Shown here in pieces: positions 23,663-39,135 of a DNA stretch of 64,000 bases. The notes under the pieces were generated by a model that did not search any database, had not been told where the DNA came from, and saw only the letters and a program-made list of their open reading frames with translations. Position 1 is the first letter of the stretch; each line of letters starts with the position of its first letter. The translations under genes were made by a program, and so were the position numbers. The stretch comes from the human T2T-CHM13v2.0 reference genome, Homo sapiens: assembly GCF_009914755.1 (NCBI RefSeq), contig NC_060925.1; one strand, written 5' to 3'.

Positions 23663-26479
23663 AAGGTCATCTCACCCACACTTCGACAGGGCAGGATATC
23701 CTCTGCCCAGCTTCCCAGGCCGCTCCAGGGCCAGTTCCTCCTGATTTGGATTGGGTTGGTCGGAGGGGAAAGCAAGGGCATGGCCCAACTGAGCCACCAG
23801 CACTAGTAGAGCACGCCCAGGTTGAGGCAGCAGGGTCTACCCCCTTCCCAACCTGAGTGTAGCTTCACACTTGGACACACCCCCTCCCACGTGCGTGTGA
23901 CCACTCTCTGCAAAGTTTGGGACACACTCTCACGCCAGCATTCAGAGAGCACCACCGGGCCCAGGCTCAACTCTGATGCTACCCTCCGGCTCAAGGGGAC
24001 CCCTTCAGTGAGTTTGACCTCACAGTGTTCTTATAAGCATGTCCCCATCCTGGGCCATCCACTTGGTGTGTGACATTCCCAGACTCCCACAGATTTCCAC
24101 CTCGGTGATAGCACACGCCGACAGGAGCACATTCTTACGCAGGTATGCCCTGGTTTATGCGCGGAGCTCCAGTCTTACTTCTACAGTTGGGCCCCGGGCA
24201 GAAAAAGCCAAAACCCTCCGGGACAAATGAGGCGGCTGAGAGCAGAGGGTCTTCCTCACACATCCACACGCGTACTCTTAGCTCAGAATCATTTGCTGAC
24301 GCCTCTGCTGTGCCAGGGGCTGGGGGCCCGGGTGAGAGGGCCCAGCCAAGAAAATCCACCCCATCCCTATTCGCCCCCGGCCCCATCCCCCACGCCCACG
24401 CCCAGGAACTGGTGGCGTCCAAAGGGACTGCGTTGGGGTGAGGCCGGGGTTGAGGGCCTAGGGCGCAGAGCCGGCTGGAGACGCGGCGTGGGGAAGGGGG
24501 CCGAGGGTGAGTAGTGTAGCTCTGAGTAAAAGAGCCAGGGGCGCCGATGGGGGACCCGGGAGGCATTGACTTTTGCGCTGTTTGCCCGCGGCCTCGGAGC
24601 AAGCAGACGCCATCTGTTTGCCGGCTGCGACGCGTCCCGTTTAATTACCCTCCCGGCAGCCTAATAGAGATGATATTAAACTAAATCTTTCTGACATTAA
24701 AAGTAATTATCCCCAAACCGGTGGCTCCGGGACGGAATGGCCCCTCCCGCACCCACCCCTTCCCTGGCCGCGCCGGATTCCGTTAGTTTGGCTGATACTC
24801 TCCGCCCGGGAATGGGGCGCAGAGGAAAGGGGGAAAGTGCCTTTGGGAGAAGGAATCTCCACGGGTTGCCCTACACGCGTTTTCCCGCACAACCACAGAC
24901 TCTCCTGTTCCTATGTGAACACACGCACGTGTACACACAGACACGTAGCGACATTTTCCTCCAGATCAACTCATGAGTCATGCTGATGAAGACCCTCAGC
25001 CGCGCACACCCTCTGTGGACAGGGAGACGCGCAGCTTGGTTTCCTGTCCCCGTCCTCTGACACCGCTAAAATGGTCATTTTCCGTGGTCATAGCCACGGA
25101 TCTATGCCACGACCTGGGACCGGGCATAATTTCGGAGCCAGAAAGTACTCCTGTGGTGGCGCCGGGTTTCTCAGGCGCTCTTCCAGCTAAGGGCCAGGAG
25201 CCCAGCGATTTCCCTACAGTTGCTTACTGAAGTCGCACCATTCTCTGCGAGGCAGGTCCGATTATTCCACTTGTCAGGTGAGAAAACAGACTCGGAGAGG
25301 TGAGATGACTTGTTCCACATTATCACAATTAGTGAGTAACAGTGCAAAAATCAAACCCGGGAGTACCCTCATCCAAAGCCAGGTCTGTCTGCACAGTGCA
25401 GGCGCAGCGGGCGCTGCGAATCGGCTCCTGGCCCAATGCACCCCTCCACACCCGTTGGCCGGGAACCCGCTGGTGCTCAGCTTCTATCCGGACCCCGGAC
25501 CTAAAGGCCGGGCAGAACAACCAACTGAAGGTGGAGGAGCGAGGGCACTGGTGCTGATTGAGCGGCAGGAGCCCCCGAGGCGGAGTCCCAGCGGCTGCAG
25601 CCCTCCTTTGGATCAAGCCCTCGCGTCTTCCGGGCAGGCGGAAGGGAGGCGTCTGCCCAGTGTCGCCAGGCTTCTCACGATTTTCTGGTTGGGAGCATCT
25701 AAGCCTGAGACAAACGCATGGAGAGCGGTGTTCACCGCCCCACTATTTGTTTCTATTTGTGAGCGTCTACTGAGTACAGCCACTCTGATAAACACTCGGT
25801 GTGTGCTCTCTTGCTTGGCACGCAGTCCTTGGGGGAAGATGCGATGTTCCACATTTCAGACACGAGGTAGCCAAAGTTCAACAAGGCGACATAACTTGCC
25901 TGGGGCCAGAGTGCTGCCGAACTTCGAAAAAGACAGAAATCCAGATCCAACTCCCACTCTTAGGTTTTTTTCTCCTCACCTTCCGTTCCGAGTGGGTAGG
26001 ATCAGACCTAGGGGCTTCCATTTGGTTCGATTCCATTCAGTTCACTAATCATTCACAGAAACATGAAAGTAGGAGTCATTCATTCATTCACTTATTAATT
26101 CGTTTATGTAACAGCATTTGTTGAGCATCTAGTATGTGCCAAGCTCTACGGATCCGAGACAAATCAACCATAATGGGCCCTTACAGAACTTGTTAGCCAA
26201 CTGGGGACACAGTCACCTATCAATGACCTCACAGTGAGAAGTCTAATCTTGGGAATGGGGGAAGGAGAATGAGGGGAAACTTCCCCAAGAAAGGGACCTC
26301 TGATGTGAGAGGTTAGGTTTCCCAAAAGGAAACACTGTTATTGCTTGTTCTGATAGAATAAAAGTCTTATAAAACATTTTAGAAAATTCAGCAAAATATA
26401 TTTGGTGAATTTTGCTAATTTTTTTTCCTGTTTACCTACACTGACAAAAATATACTTTACAGTACTTGGTTTTTGTTTA

Positions 26480-27850
26480 CAAATATAAGGATTTTAATAT
26501 TAATCTATCTACATAACCTTTTAAATGATTGTTTAATGTTCCATTGCATGGATCCCTCTTTCTTTAGCCATTTCCCTGTTAATAGGTATTTTGTTTGTTT
26601 CCAGTTTTTGCTCTAATAAATATTGCTACCACAAACATCCTTTGTGAATTTGCCAATTATTTACCTAGGATAAATTCCTAAAAATAAGATTGATCGGCCA
26701 GAGGCTTTTTACATTTTTTAAAGGCTTTTGATAGCTATCAAATAGCCCACAGGAAAGGTATCAATGAACACACTCAATACAAGCACATCTTGCTGATCTT
26801 TTAAATCTTTGCCAATTCAAACAAGAAAAATAGTATATCATTGTTATAATTTGCATTTCCTTAGTTATTCCTTACTTTTTCCTACATGGATCGGTCAGTT
26901 AAGTTGTTTTAAAAATTATTTATATACATCATTTGCTTATTTTTCAATCATAGAGCTTCTACTTTCCTTAATTTGTAATAGTAATTTATATATCAAGGAC
27001 AATAGTATCTTCTGTCTGTAACATGTGCTGCGTTTCCTCACTTTTTTGTGGCTGTCTTGCTATTGTAATGCTGGAGTTTTAAAACGTTTATGTAGACCAA
27101 AATTTATATATTTTTTGTAGAATCTATTTACAGTTGTATATGTAAGGATTTCTCAAATCCAACCGTCTACAAGCATTGGCCTATATTTGTATTAGCTCTT
27201 TTTTCATTATTTACATTTATATCTTTAGTTTATTGGAAATTAATTTTGATGGAAGGTGTGGTTTGTAGCTTCATTTTCCTCAATAATTAGCCATTTATCA
27301 CAGCACTCTTCAATGAACCCTTTCCCCTACTGACCATATACTATATACCAAATTCTCAGATGGCTGTAGGTTGATCTCAGCATATTCTCTTCAAGGGAGC
27401 TGTTTACTCTTCTTGCACCAGCCTCACCATTTTAATTATTGTAGTTCTGTAGTATTTGGGAGGGCAAGTCATCCTTCTGATTTTTCTTTTTTTCCACATT
27501 CTCATGGCTATTTTCAAAATACAGGCTTCTGAATAAATATTTTAGGAATTTTAAAGCTACTTCCAAAAAAGTAAAAAATATTGGGGGGGGGGGAATTTAA
27601 GTACCTTTAGAAATTAATTTGAGGGATATTATGCATCTTCACAATGTGAGACATTTCCATCTAGGACTTGGTGTGACGTTATCATGACTTTTATGTATCT
27701 TGGTAACTGCTGTCATTTTTTCTCAACAATTCTGTTTCTTAAACATATATTCTCCCTTCCGTATTTTATGTAGCTATTGTGAATGGAATCTTTTCACCCA
27801 CTACAGCGTCTAACAGGTTATGACAGGATCATAAGAAAGTTACTCATAAT
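26480..27850 (-). mobile_element. Ancient antisense L1 (L1ME-like) remnants
   Basis: AT-rich; 'ccagtttttgctctaataaa', 'taatttgcatttcc', 'ttgtgaatggaatc' resemble antisense L1M. Confidence 0.55.
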
Positions 27851-28467
27851 AGTATATTTATCTTGGAACCCGCCTCCTTTGTGACCTCTCTCCCATTAAC
27901 AATTTTTAAGTTAGTTTTTACAGTTTTCCCACCCAGCTGAGTTTGGAAGGACCCGGAAATGACCAGGAGGAGGGAGGGATGAGGATGTAGAGTGTGATTT
28001 GCAGGTCTTCCTGGGGCATTGCGGATGGTGTGCACCGGCTACGTGGTCTTCTTTGGGCCATCCTTCTCCTGGTTTCCATCTCCCAAGAGGACCCCTTGAA
28101 ATAGCGATTCCGAGAATCGGCTCCGGGGCTGATGAGCCATCCAGATACGGAGCTTCCGCCGCACTGTGTGACCGTGAGCGAGTCGCCAGCCCTCTCTGGG
28201 CTCGCCTCCCGGCTACCCCGGAGTCAGACTGCCTGGAGGATAGGCAGCCAGGCCACTACTTGTGGAGAAAGGAGACTGTAGAGAGGAGGGGCATTCGGGC
28301 TGGTTCCTGGGCCGGGTCAGCCTGGGTTTGAGTCCAGACTCCCTCCCTCCGTAGTGCGGCGAGTGACCTTCGGCAGCCAAGTAGTCCCAGCCTATTCCCA
28401 GCCTGTAACCTTCGGGTTATCCAACAAACTGGAGATAAGGGGAACAGGTCTGGGAGGGGGAAGCCTA

Positions 28468-28470
<3 letters not shown>

Positions 28471-28522
<52 letters not shown>
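28471..28522. repeat. (CA)26 microsatellite
   Basis: Perfect CA run. Confidence 0.98.
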
Positions 28523-28523
<1 letters not shown>

Positions 28524-31329
28524 CCCTGTTGGCGGCTTTCCCTCAAATAAAGAGTTCTACTCGGACTTCTTCCCCCACCCCTCACATTTCCTGCTGAGAT
28601 GCGCAGTCTCCTAGGCTGTGTGTGGACCAGGGAGTTTCTAGCTACCTGACTGGCTCAGGGCCTGCCTGGCCCATCCTTCTTCAACTTGAAGCTCGATACT
28701 AGTTGGTGCACAGCCCAACATAACTCTTTCCTGGCAGGGTCGGGGTGGAGGAGCTGGCGCACAAGTAGACAGCCTGCTGCGATGGGAGGTAGGGACTCCA
28801 GGCTTGCTGCGGCACTGACGCACATATGTCTGCCTCCTACAGATTCCCAGTCCCAAGACATCAGTTACCTGGAGAACTTCTACTCACCCTTTACGACCCA
28901 GCCTCAGAGATCTTGTCAGAGGCACAATAGGCACACACTGACTCCGCAAACTCTCCAAGTACCTCTGCATTCTACCCTCTCCGAAGCCACATAGTTACCC
29001 ATCTTTACCTCGGATTTATACCAGAGGAAACTGAGGTATACAGAGCAGGTGACTTTCCCAGGGGCATACAGCCAGTGGGGGGAGGGGTGAGAACTGTTCT
29101 TTGGGTCTTCAGGAGAGAGCTGGTTGGAGACTTGAAAGTGGGATTGAGGCCACTTTCCCTCCCCAGTTCCCTGAACTGGTTGGGGCACAATGGAGGGAGC
29201 ACTTCCTTCGCTGTTTGAAAGAAGCCTCTTTCTTTAGGGGCTTCTTCACTCCCTTCTGTGCACCTACAGCCTCCTTTACCCCACAGGATGGACTACCCTA
29301 TGTTCTCACTGCCAGTCAAATGTTTGACAGCCCCTTCAAGTGTCCTCAGCACCTCTGGTCGCAGGGCCTGGGCTAAGCAGGGCTACTAGTGTGGAAGCTG
29401 AGCTGGGCTGGAGTCCTGCATTTAATACATGTAACATGGGGGTAGAAGCAAAACTTTCATTGGGTCATTGTGAGGATTCAATAATGCAATTCATGTAAAG
29501 TCCTTCTCAGTGCCTGACATATAGTAAACACTCAAGAAGTGCTGGGTATTATTATTTATTAGGCAGTTACTGAATGAGTGAATCCCTCTCTGCTTTCAGT
29601 CCAGAGAGGAACAGTTCCCTTCTCAGCACCCTTCTGCCTTCATGAGAAGGAAGACTGGGGAGCTGGGAGCCGGCAATAGGAGGTGCCTTCTCAGGTGCCT
29701 CTGATTTTGAACCATAATCTTAAAACTCCCTTCAGAACCAGAATTCTGGCAGATTTGCATGGCCCAGACCCTTCACTGGCCTGGGATGCTCAAGATCCCA
29801 GAGAGATTCTGGGCCATCTCCTTCCCTAGGTCACTTCATCCACTCCACCTACCACCCTCTCCAGAAGCTCAATTAACCAGAACCTGTTTGCCTCAAGGCA
29901 CAAAGTGGTACTGCCCCAGTAAATAGGAAGAAGCACAGCCCGGGGCCTGCCCCAAGCCTCTATGGGAAGTGCACCTGCCCCCCTTCACCCCATCTCTTCT
30001 CAGGGCCTCCACTCCTTGGGGCACACCCTAGCACTGCTGGCTTCTAGTGGGGCTCCCCAAAGGCAGGGGCTGGGCTCCATGCCCCCATGACACAGTGCCA
30101 CTTTTATTGCAGAGAATGTGTTCTTCTCTCTGAGCCCCTGACCTCCTGCAACATGTAAAAGATGCATAAAATGCACAGCTGGAAGAAACCAAGGCATGCA
30201 AGTGATAGCTGCACAAACTAGTTCCTCACTGATGCTTGCCATGGTTAAAGGCATGCCAGAATGGAGGCTGTGGCAAGTCACTTCACTGCTCTGAGCCTGT
30301 TTCTCCATCTATAGAATGAGGAAAGGTAGACCTACTGCATTTGGAAATGATCTGAAATGAGACAAGGACTACGCAAACACAGTTAGGAAGATTATGATTC
30401 TCGTGTGAGATGCTCAGCTGAGCCCTTGGTGCCCATCTCTGGGAATATACCAAAGTTCCTGACTGCCCACCTGGTTCCCCTTACCTGTGCTTCCACCTGA
30501 CCCCCAAATCAGAGAAAAGTTTCAGTAAGACTCTCTTCGTTGTCTCCTCAGAAGTCCTATACAAATGTTACCAGTGTGTAAGGCAGGTAACATTTCCAGG
30601 AGCCTGGAGATCTGATCCCAGAAGGGCAAGCTCCATTCTGATCCTGTAGGATGCCTCCTTTTTCTAATTCCGGGATCTCAGATTACCAGGCTCCCAGATG
30701 GGGTTTACCTATTCCCAGAAGCCTTTCTGACAGCCCGGACTGGGGACCTCCTCTGGGTTCCCACAGCTCCTGGAACTCTTCTAGCACCACCCTGAAATTG
30801 GTGGCCCCAACCCACTCCAGCTTGGAAGTTCTGGGTCAAAGGTAGAGGCTAAGGATCTGGTGTTTAAAGACAGCAATGAATGGATGAGTCAAATCTAACC
30901 TGCTCTCCATAAGGCAAAGGTACTTAAGTAGTACTTAAATTAAATGCTGGTCTGCCAGAAATGCATGGTGGGAAAAATATTTGCTTTGGAGATAGACAGC
31001 CTCAATCATGGGTCATGGATATGTCATATAGTAGTTATGAGACTTTGGGCAAATGACTTAACTACTCTAAGCCTCAGTTTATCAATGTATGAAACAGCTA
31101 TGGTATGATCCACCTCATAGGGTAGTGTTGGAGTTCATTCACTCATGTAACACTTACTGTCTGTGCCCTGTGTTGGGTCATGTGAAGATGGACCTGTCAG
31201 GGTCCAGAGAGGGAGACTTCTGTACAAATAATCACAATAATGTGATAACTGCTCTGCTAGGGGCAAAGAAAGGGACTAGAAGAGGACTTTGACTTGTCCT
31301 GGGGGTTGGGGAGCCTTCCTGGAGAAATA

Positions 31330-31570
31330 GTGAAGTATAGTACTAGCCTGAACTCTGGAGCCAAATTGCCTGTGTTTGAATCCTGGATCCTTGGTTTACT
31401 AGCTTTGTGAATGTAGGCAAATTACCTCTTGTGCCTCAGCTTGCTCACAAATAAGTTGAGGATAATAGCTCCTACTTTATACGGTTGTTGAGGAGTAAAT
31501 GAGTTAAAACAAATAAATCTCATAGTGACCGGCATACAATAAACATGATAGAAGTGTTCACTGTATTATC
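31330..31570 (+). mobile_element. MIR (representative; many more MIR remnants at 29-34 kb and 39-63 kb)
   Basis: 'tttgaatcctggatcc...ttactagctttgtga...gtgcctcagcttgctc...gttgttgagga'. Confidence 0.75.
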
Positions 31571-32269
31571 AATAGGTACTTATCAAGCACCTATGCAGAG
31601 TCAGACCTGTGATGACGATAAGACAAGTCAGATTGACCCTACTCTCACGGAGTTTAGACCTTACACAAAATTGGAGCTGAGTCTCAAAGTACAGATTGCC
31701 TCTTATCTAAGGAGAGTTTGAGAGAAGAGCAGCAAACTGAGGAAGGAACTCAAGGGCTGCTGACGTTTAATAGGCAGGCAGAAAACCCTACATAAGAGAC
31801 AGAGAAGGACCTTTCAGAGAGGTGAGAAGAAAATGAGGGCAGTACAGTATCCTAGAAAGCAAGGGGGATGGGAGTATGTGAGGATTTTTATTATACTCTA
31901 CTCTCTGTGGGTTAGAAGTTCCACCACTGAAGCATCTCAGGAACGGGGACCTCATCAATGAGGGAAAACAGCAAGCATGAGCTTTGGGCACAGATCCAGA
32001 GTAGAAGCCCAGCTCCTCTCCCTACTACCTGTGTCTCTGAGACAAGTGACACAATCTTTCTGAATGTTTTCTTAGCTGTAAAATAAGGATAATAATAGTA
32101 CCAACCTCACAGAGTAATTCTGAGGATGGCATGGGAGGACAGAGTCTATTAAGGCCCTAGCAGTGTGCTGGGCTTACCTAGGTACTCAAAACCAATTCCT
32201 TTAGTCTTTTTCTTTCCTCAGCAGCTCCAATTGGTTTTGCTTCAGCTCCAATTAATTAATAGTTCAGTA

Positions 32270-33500
<1,231 letters not shown>

Positions 33501-33705
33501 TCTTAAATCACTGCATGCACTTATAAGGTGTTGCTTAAATTCTAGCTCCTGACACATTTCTATATAACATTAGCACTAAGAACCGTATGAAGAATGAGTA
33601 TTTTGGAGAGCTGAGTTTACTATAAAAATATGACTTTACCCCTCTTAGCATCCACCAATACTTTAAAAATGTTATTATTATTGCCATTATTAATTGCAAC
33701 GCCTT

Positions 33706-33860
33706 CGGCTGGGTATGGTGGCTCACTCCTGTAATCCCAACACTGGTAGGCTGAGGCTGGAGGACTGCTTGAGCCTAGAAGTTCAAGACCAGCCTGAGCA
33801 ACAGAGCAAGACCTTGTCTCTACAGAAAAAAAAAAAAAAAAAGAAAAAAAGAAAAAAAGA
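33706..33860 (+). mobile_element. FLAM / Alu left monomer
   Basis: Single Alu arm followed by an A-tail. Confidence 0.85.
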
Positions 33861-34655
33861 AATGCCTTGGTCATATATGACACTTTCCTTGAAGATACTG
33901 TATTGTCATAAACACAGCAGGGGTTTTTGAGTCAAAGGTCTTGGTCCAAAACTCTGCTCTGTTCTTTATAAGCTGTTGAACTCAGGCAAATCATTTCACC
34001 TTTTGAGCCTGTTCCCTCTTCAAAATAGGGCCAAGACCACCATCTCATAGAGTTATTGTGAGGTTACATGAGGAAAGAGGTCTGTAATGCTCCAAGCACA
34101 GTACTGGGCACATTGTAAGTGCTCAGCAAGTTTAGTTCTCCGCCTCCTCTCTTCACATCATGTTCTCGGCTTTTCTGTAGACACCCGTAACACAGTGACA
34201 TTGTGCAGGGCTCTCTGACCCTTCTCTGATGGGTCCTAGAGCAGTGCTCCTGGACTTCCTGTGTCTACTTTTCACATTTTCTGTGTCCTCGCCCACACAC
34301 TTCTCACTGCTGCCATCACCCACTCTCCTTTCCTGTGATAATCCCATGAGTTTACAGAACAGATAACAGCTTCCTAACTGTTCCACATTAATTCACTTAA
34401 TCTTCATAAAACCTTATCATCCAGGTACTGTTATTTTCATTTTATAGTTAAAAAGCTGAGGCACAGGAATGTGAATGCGAAATGACTTCTTAAGGACACG
34501 TTGCTAGTAAGTGGAGGAGTGGCTAAGACTCAGGCAACATGGTTCCAGAGGCTGTGTTCCTAACCACACATCATACCACCTCTGAGAGCCCAGAACCCCA
34601 ACTAATAGACAGTGTACAAAGAGTTTATAGACTGAAGACTGGAGATCATGTCTCT

Positions 34656-34661
34656 TTTATT
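34656..34661 (-). terminator. FAF1: Candidate FAF1 distal poly(A) signal AATAAA
   Basis: tttatt on +; would give a ~4.4 kb 3'UTR. Confidence 0.55.
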
Positions 34662-34989
34662 AATATTTTCTTTCAGACCAAACTTTCAAAATGCAACAGT
34701 GAGGAGCTGTGTGGCCAGTTGGGGTTAAGTGTCACCTTCCAAAGCAGATTATTTGAGACAAGGACAAAATACTAAATGCAGAGATATTCAAGGCAAGAAA
34801 GTCTAGTGATTGTATTTCATCCTCTGGAGGTTTCTTTTAGATAAAAATACGGATTGATAAAAAGAATGGACAGATTCTTCTCCCCAAATAGGATGACGTA
34901 AATGGTGATTCTTAAAATTTTTTGATCAATAGGTCCCACTGAGAATCTGATGAATACAGATTCCCTTTCCAGGAAAATACATGTTTAAC

Positions 34990-35693
<704 letters not shown>

Positions 35694-38600
35694 TTAGAGT
35701 TAGCACTTTAAGTCCTGACCCTTCTACTGACATGCTGTGTGATTTTAGGCAAGCCACTATCCTCTAAGCCCCTTGTGCAAAAATGGAATCATCATCTCTG
35801 CCCTGCTTCCCTCATAGCGGGAGACTATTATGATGTGTGAAAGGTGTGTCCAATTGCAAAGTGCTATCAGAATGTTGTAAGGACACTGAGGTTCAGAGAG
35901 GTTACTTACCTTAAGGTCACGCAGCTACTAAGTGGCAGAAGAGAGGTTCAACTTGGAAGACACTGAAGTCTCTGGAATGTGTGTGTATGTGGCTGTGGTT
36001 ATATGTATGTGAAGATCTCTCTTCCTCTAAGAATTTTAAAAAGGATCAAAAGAGAAAATACAGGTGAAAGGGTTACACAGACTATAATGTGCAATGCCTA
36101 TATGAGTTACTCCTGGACTGAACTAAAGACTCCAAGTCCCATCCACTTGTGGGGACCCAGGACTGGATGGCTAAGGGACAGAAAAGGATGGGTAGAAATG
36201 TGTCAATCAGTGATGCTGTTGTGGAGAGAATTAAGACCCTCTCCCACATTCAAATGAAAAAGTCTATACTTTGGGGGAAATTTGCCAGAGCTCTCCACCT
36301 CTTAAAAACCTATTCTACTGACCAGCACACTTAGATGTTATTATGTGACTAATATGTTTCTAATGTCAGCAGCAAGTAAAATCTATAAAAGCATAAATCT
36401 TACTCTCTTATGTTAAAAAGGTAGATTCCATAAAAGATGCTCTCATTCATCTTTGATTCTGGATGCTTACAATCCAGAGATGAACATCTGTGTGTGCTAT
36501 AAAACTAGTAGTGCCAGAGAATGGCAACATCCGAAATCAGAAACCTCCAAAAAAATCCCTGCACCTTCTTAAAGGCAATGGGAAATTGGCAACACTTCCT
36601 TTAACTTTCAAACTAATGCTGCAACTGCACATCCAGCAGTCCAAGAACACAAGGGAGTAAACTGGAATGGGGGATGACAAAGAGTCCTGGAGCTTCACTG
36701 TCAACAGTTGGGCATAAGAATGCCAAGCAAATATTCAGACTGACTCACTTACTGGGCCTGGAGGCTGGGATGTAAAGCCCAAGGAAGCCTAATGGTAGGA
36801 GGAAGAACTGCAGAGGACACTGCTATTTCTGTGGTGATGGGAAGTCATTTTAATGCTCTGCTTGTATGAAAAGGATAAAATTGCTTTGGCCTTTTGTCTG
36901 AAGCTTAGTAGACCATCATGTCCTGAGTGAACAGTGACAATTAGCTGAGGCCTTTCCCAGTTATGAGGCCTAGAGCATAGGAAATCATGGGGCTGAGTAG
37001 GCCAAAAGAACTTTCTAAGGCAGGTTGAAAAAGGTTGTATCAACTTCACACACATTCAAGTAGCATTTAATAACTTCCATGAAATTGGCTTTAGAGTAAA
37101 GTCTATATTGTTGTAATACAGAAGTGAAGGTGAGTGGGAGGGAACAATATAATGAAGAAACCCAAGTCAGATGGAACAGGTTAAACATGAAGGTGAATTC
37201 AGAGTACCTTCCCTCAAACCCCACCCACACCCCTGCTGCTGTTCCTGAGTATGACCTGAGTTCAGGGCTGCAGCTTCTTCACAGCAGCTACAGAACAAGG
37301 TCTACCTAGAAAAAAAAAGAGGTGGTGCCCTGGTGCATCTGTAGCACTGGAAATGACTATCTTGTAGAGCCATTAGATTAGGAAGATAGGAATAGAGCTG
37401 GAGAGAAGTGTTCAGTTTGAACTCCCCTGAACACTTCCCCTGAAGGGAGACCCATGGGTCTCTCAGCCTCCCTAGAGAGACCCCTGCTGCCAGAGAAAGC
37501 CCATACCTAGGCAGATGTAGCACTAGTCTGTGCTAGATAGTAATCTGGAGAGGTCCCTGGTTGGAGCATCAGAGAAGACACAAGGTGTAATTTTCCTGGC
37601 CAACATCCACTTCTGGGCAGAAGGAAAATGAGCAGACCTATCTCCAGCTTTGGTTAGAATCTTCTGAGAACCCCTTGGCCGAGGCTGGGGGAACAAACCC
37701 AGCATTTGAACTCTTTTTTGGACAAGTACAAAATGTTAAAATCAGGATCCCAACCCCTAGGATAAAACCCACAGGTGACACAAAAACAGATATGGAGAAA
37801 TATTTCAAGACTAAAAATAAATCATTGGCTGTGAAGGTATAAACGGTGTTCTCATGATCTAAACCCCAAACCCCAAATCTGTAGATTAAGAAAAATCCAC
37901 ACTTACTAAATCAAATCAAAAATTATTATATGCAGGTTTCAGGCAACACATGTCTTCTGAGTTGAGTCCCCAAGTTTGCTCTCTTCAACATATGAAGTCT
38001 GATTTTTCAGCCACAGAATGAGATCCCTTTCATTTGAGTCCAATATCAAATACTAAAACATTAAAAGAATAAAATAGTAGAGCAAGTTCCTTATTACAGG
38101 AGAGTCCATGGGGCTGCTCATCAGATTTTGTTGATAGGCAAGGTGCTTAAACACCAAGTGACAAGGTCCAAATGTGTGAGGGAGTAGAGAGAGAGAAAGC
38201 AAGAGAGAATTGTGTTCAGTTTACACTGATGGACTAGCAACTTGGGAGCTGGTATCTGTGAGGTTCTAACTGCCCAAATGCAAACCTAACAGTAGCCTCT
38301 TGCCATTGGGCCAGATACTGAAGTTTTGGTACTGGCCTCTCTGCACATGATCTCAACATTCACATTGTGTGCTTGAACAGTTTCCCTATGCTGCAATGGA
38401 ACAGCAAATACCTCCTAGGTAGAACCTGGAGACCCAAGGCAGCAGCAGTAAATAAATATCTTGCATATATGTCAAATTCAGTCCTCAAACAAAACCTGAC
38501 ATCTTAGTAAAGCCATCAGAAAGTTCTAACAAAAATGGTATACTTTTTTCCTACAATGTTTAATCTCCATGCCGACAATGTCTCATTTGACTTTTTTTCC

Positions 38601-38898
38601 CTCTGCCCCTTAAAATTAGGTGATGAAGTAGAAATTCAGTCATGAAAATAAAAAGACATATATCAAATATACAGCATCCTGGTGTCACAGAACAGACAGA
38701 ACTGTCCTAGACACTGTGGGGAAAAGATGGGCACTGGAGAGGTAAAAATTCTATTTAGTGATCACTCACACTTGAACAATGCATTCGTCATTGAAGGAGG
38801 GTGAAGTGCAGGGGGTAGGGGAGGGTGGCAGAGTTGTAATTCTCTGTAATAAGGGTTGGGAATATATACTCATGGATGGGAAATCTTAAGTAGCTATA

Positions 38899-38904
38899 TT
38901 TATT
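38899..38904 (-). terminator. FAF1: FAF1 proximal poly(A) signal AATAAA
   Basis: tttatt on +, ~150 nt downstream of the stop codon. Confidence 0.7.
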
Positions 38905-39051
38905 ATTACTTTTTCCAGCAATTTTGCAAGAGGCAGAAGTGTGACATTGAATTGAGTGAGACGAGCGTGTGGGTGGGTTGGCGAGGAGCCCTTCTCCTGA
39001 CGCAGGCTGCTGGCTTGTCAAGGAATGGCTGGTTCCACCGCTGGGCCGTGT

Positions 39052-39135
39052 TTACTCTTTTGCTTCAAGGAAAAGGGTTTCTTGAGGGAACAACTTTACC
39101 TCCAATAATGATTTATTTGGGTCCAGTTGAGTTAC
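39052..39135 (-). CDS. FAF1: FAF1 (Fas-associated factor 1, UBX-domain p97 cofactor) terminal coding exon
   Basis: Acceptor ttcttcatctttttag| at 39136/39135; translates VTQLDPNKSLLEVKLFPQETLFLEAKE* (end of the UBX domain), matching the remembered FAF1 C-terminus; 84 nt, phase 0. Confidence 0.95.
   Translation of the reverse strand, partial: VTQLDPNKSLLEVKLFPQETLFLEAKE

Larger units (their letters stand above)
12850..25750. promoter_or_regulatory. Large CpG-island cluster spanning DMRTA2 and its flanks
   Basis: Dense CpG and high GC with almost no Alu or L1 over ~13 kb, typical of a developmental transcription factor locus. Confidence 0.85.

Noticed and set aside
19926-26048. ORFs of 140-256 aa in the CpG domain (e.g. 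19926-20687, 20561-21295, 25278-26048)
   Set aside because: No recognisable domains, mostly GTG/TTG starts; explained by GC content
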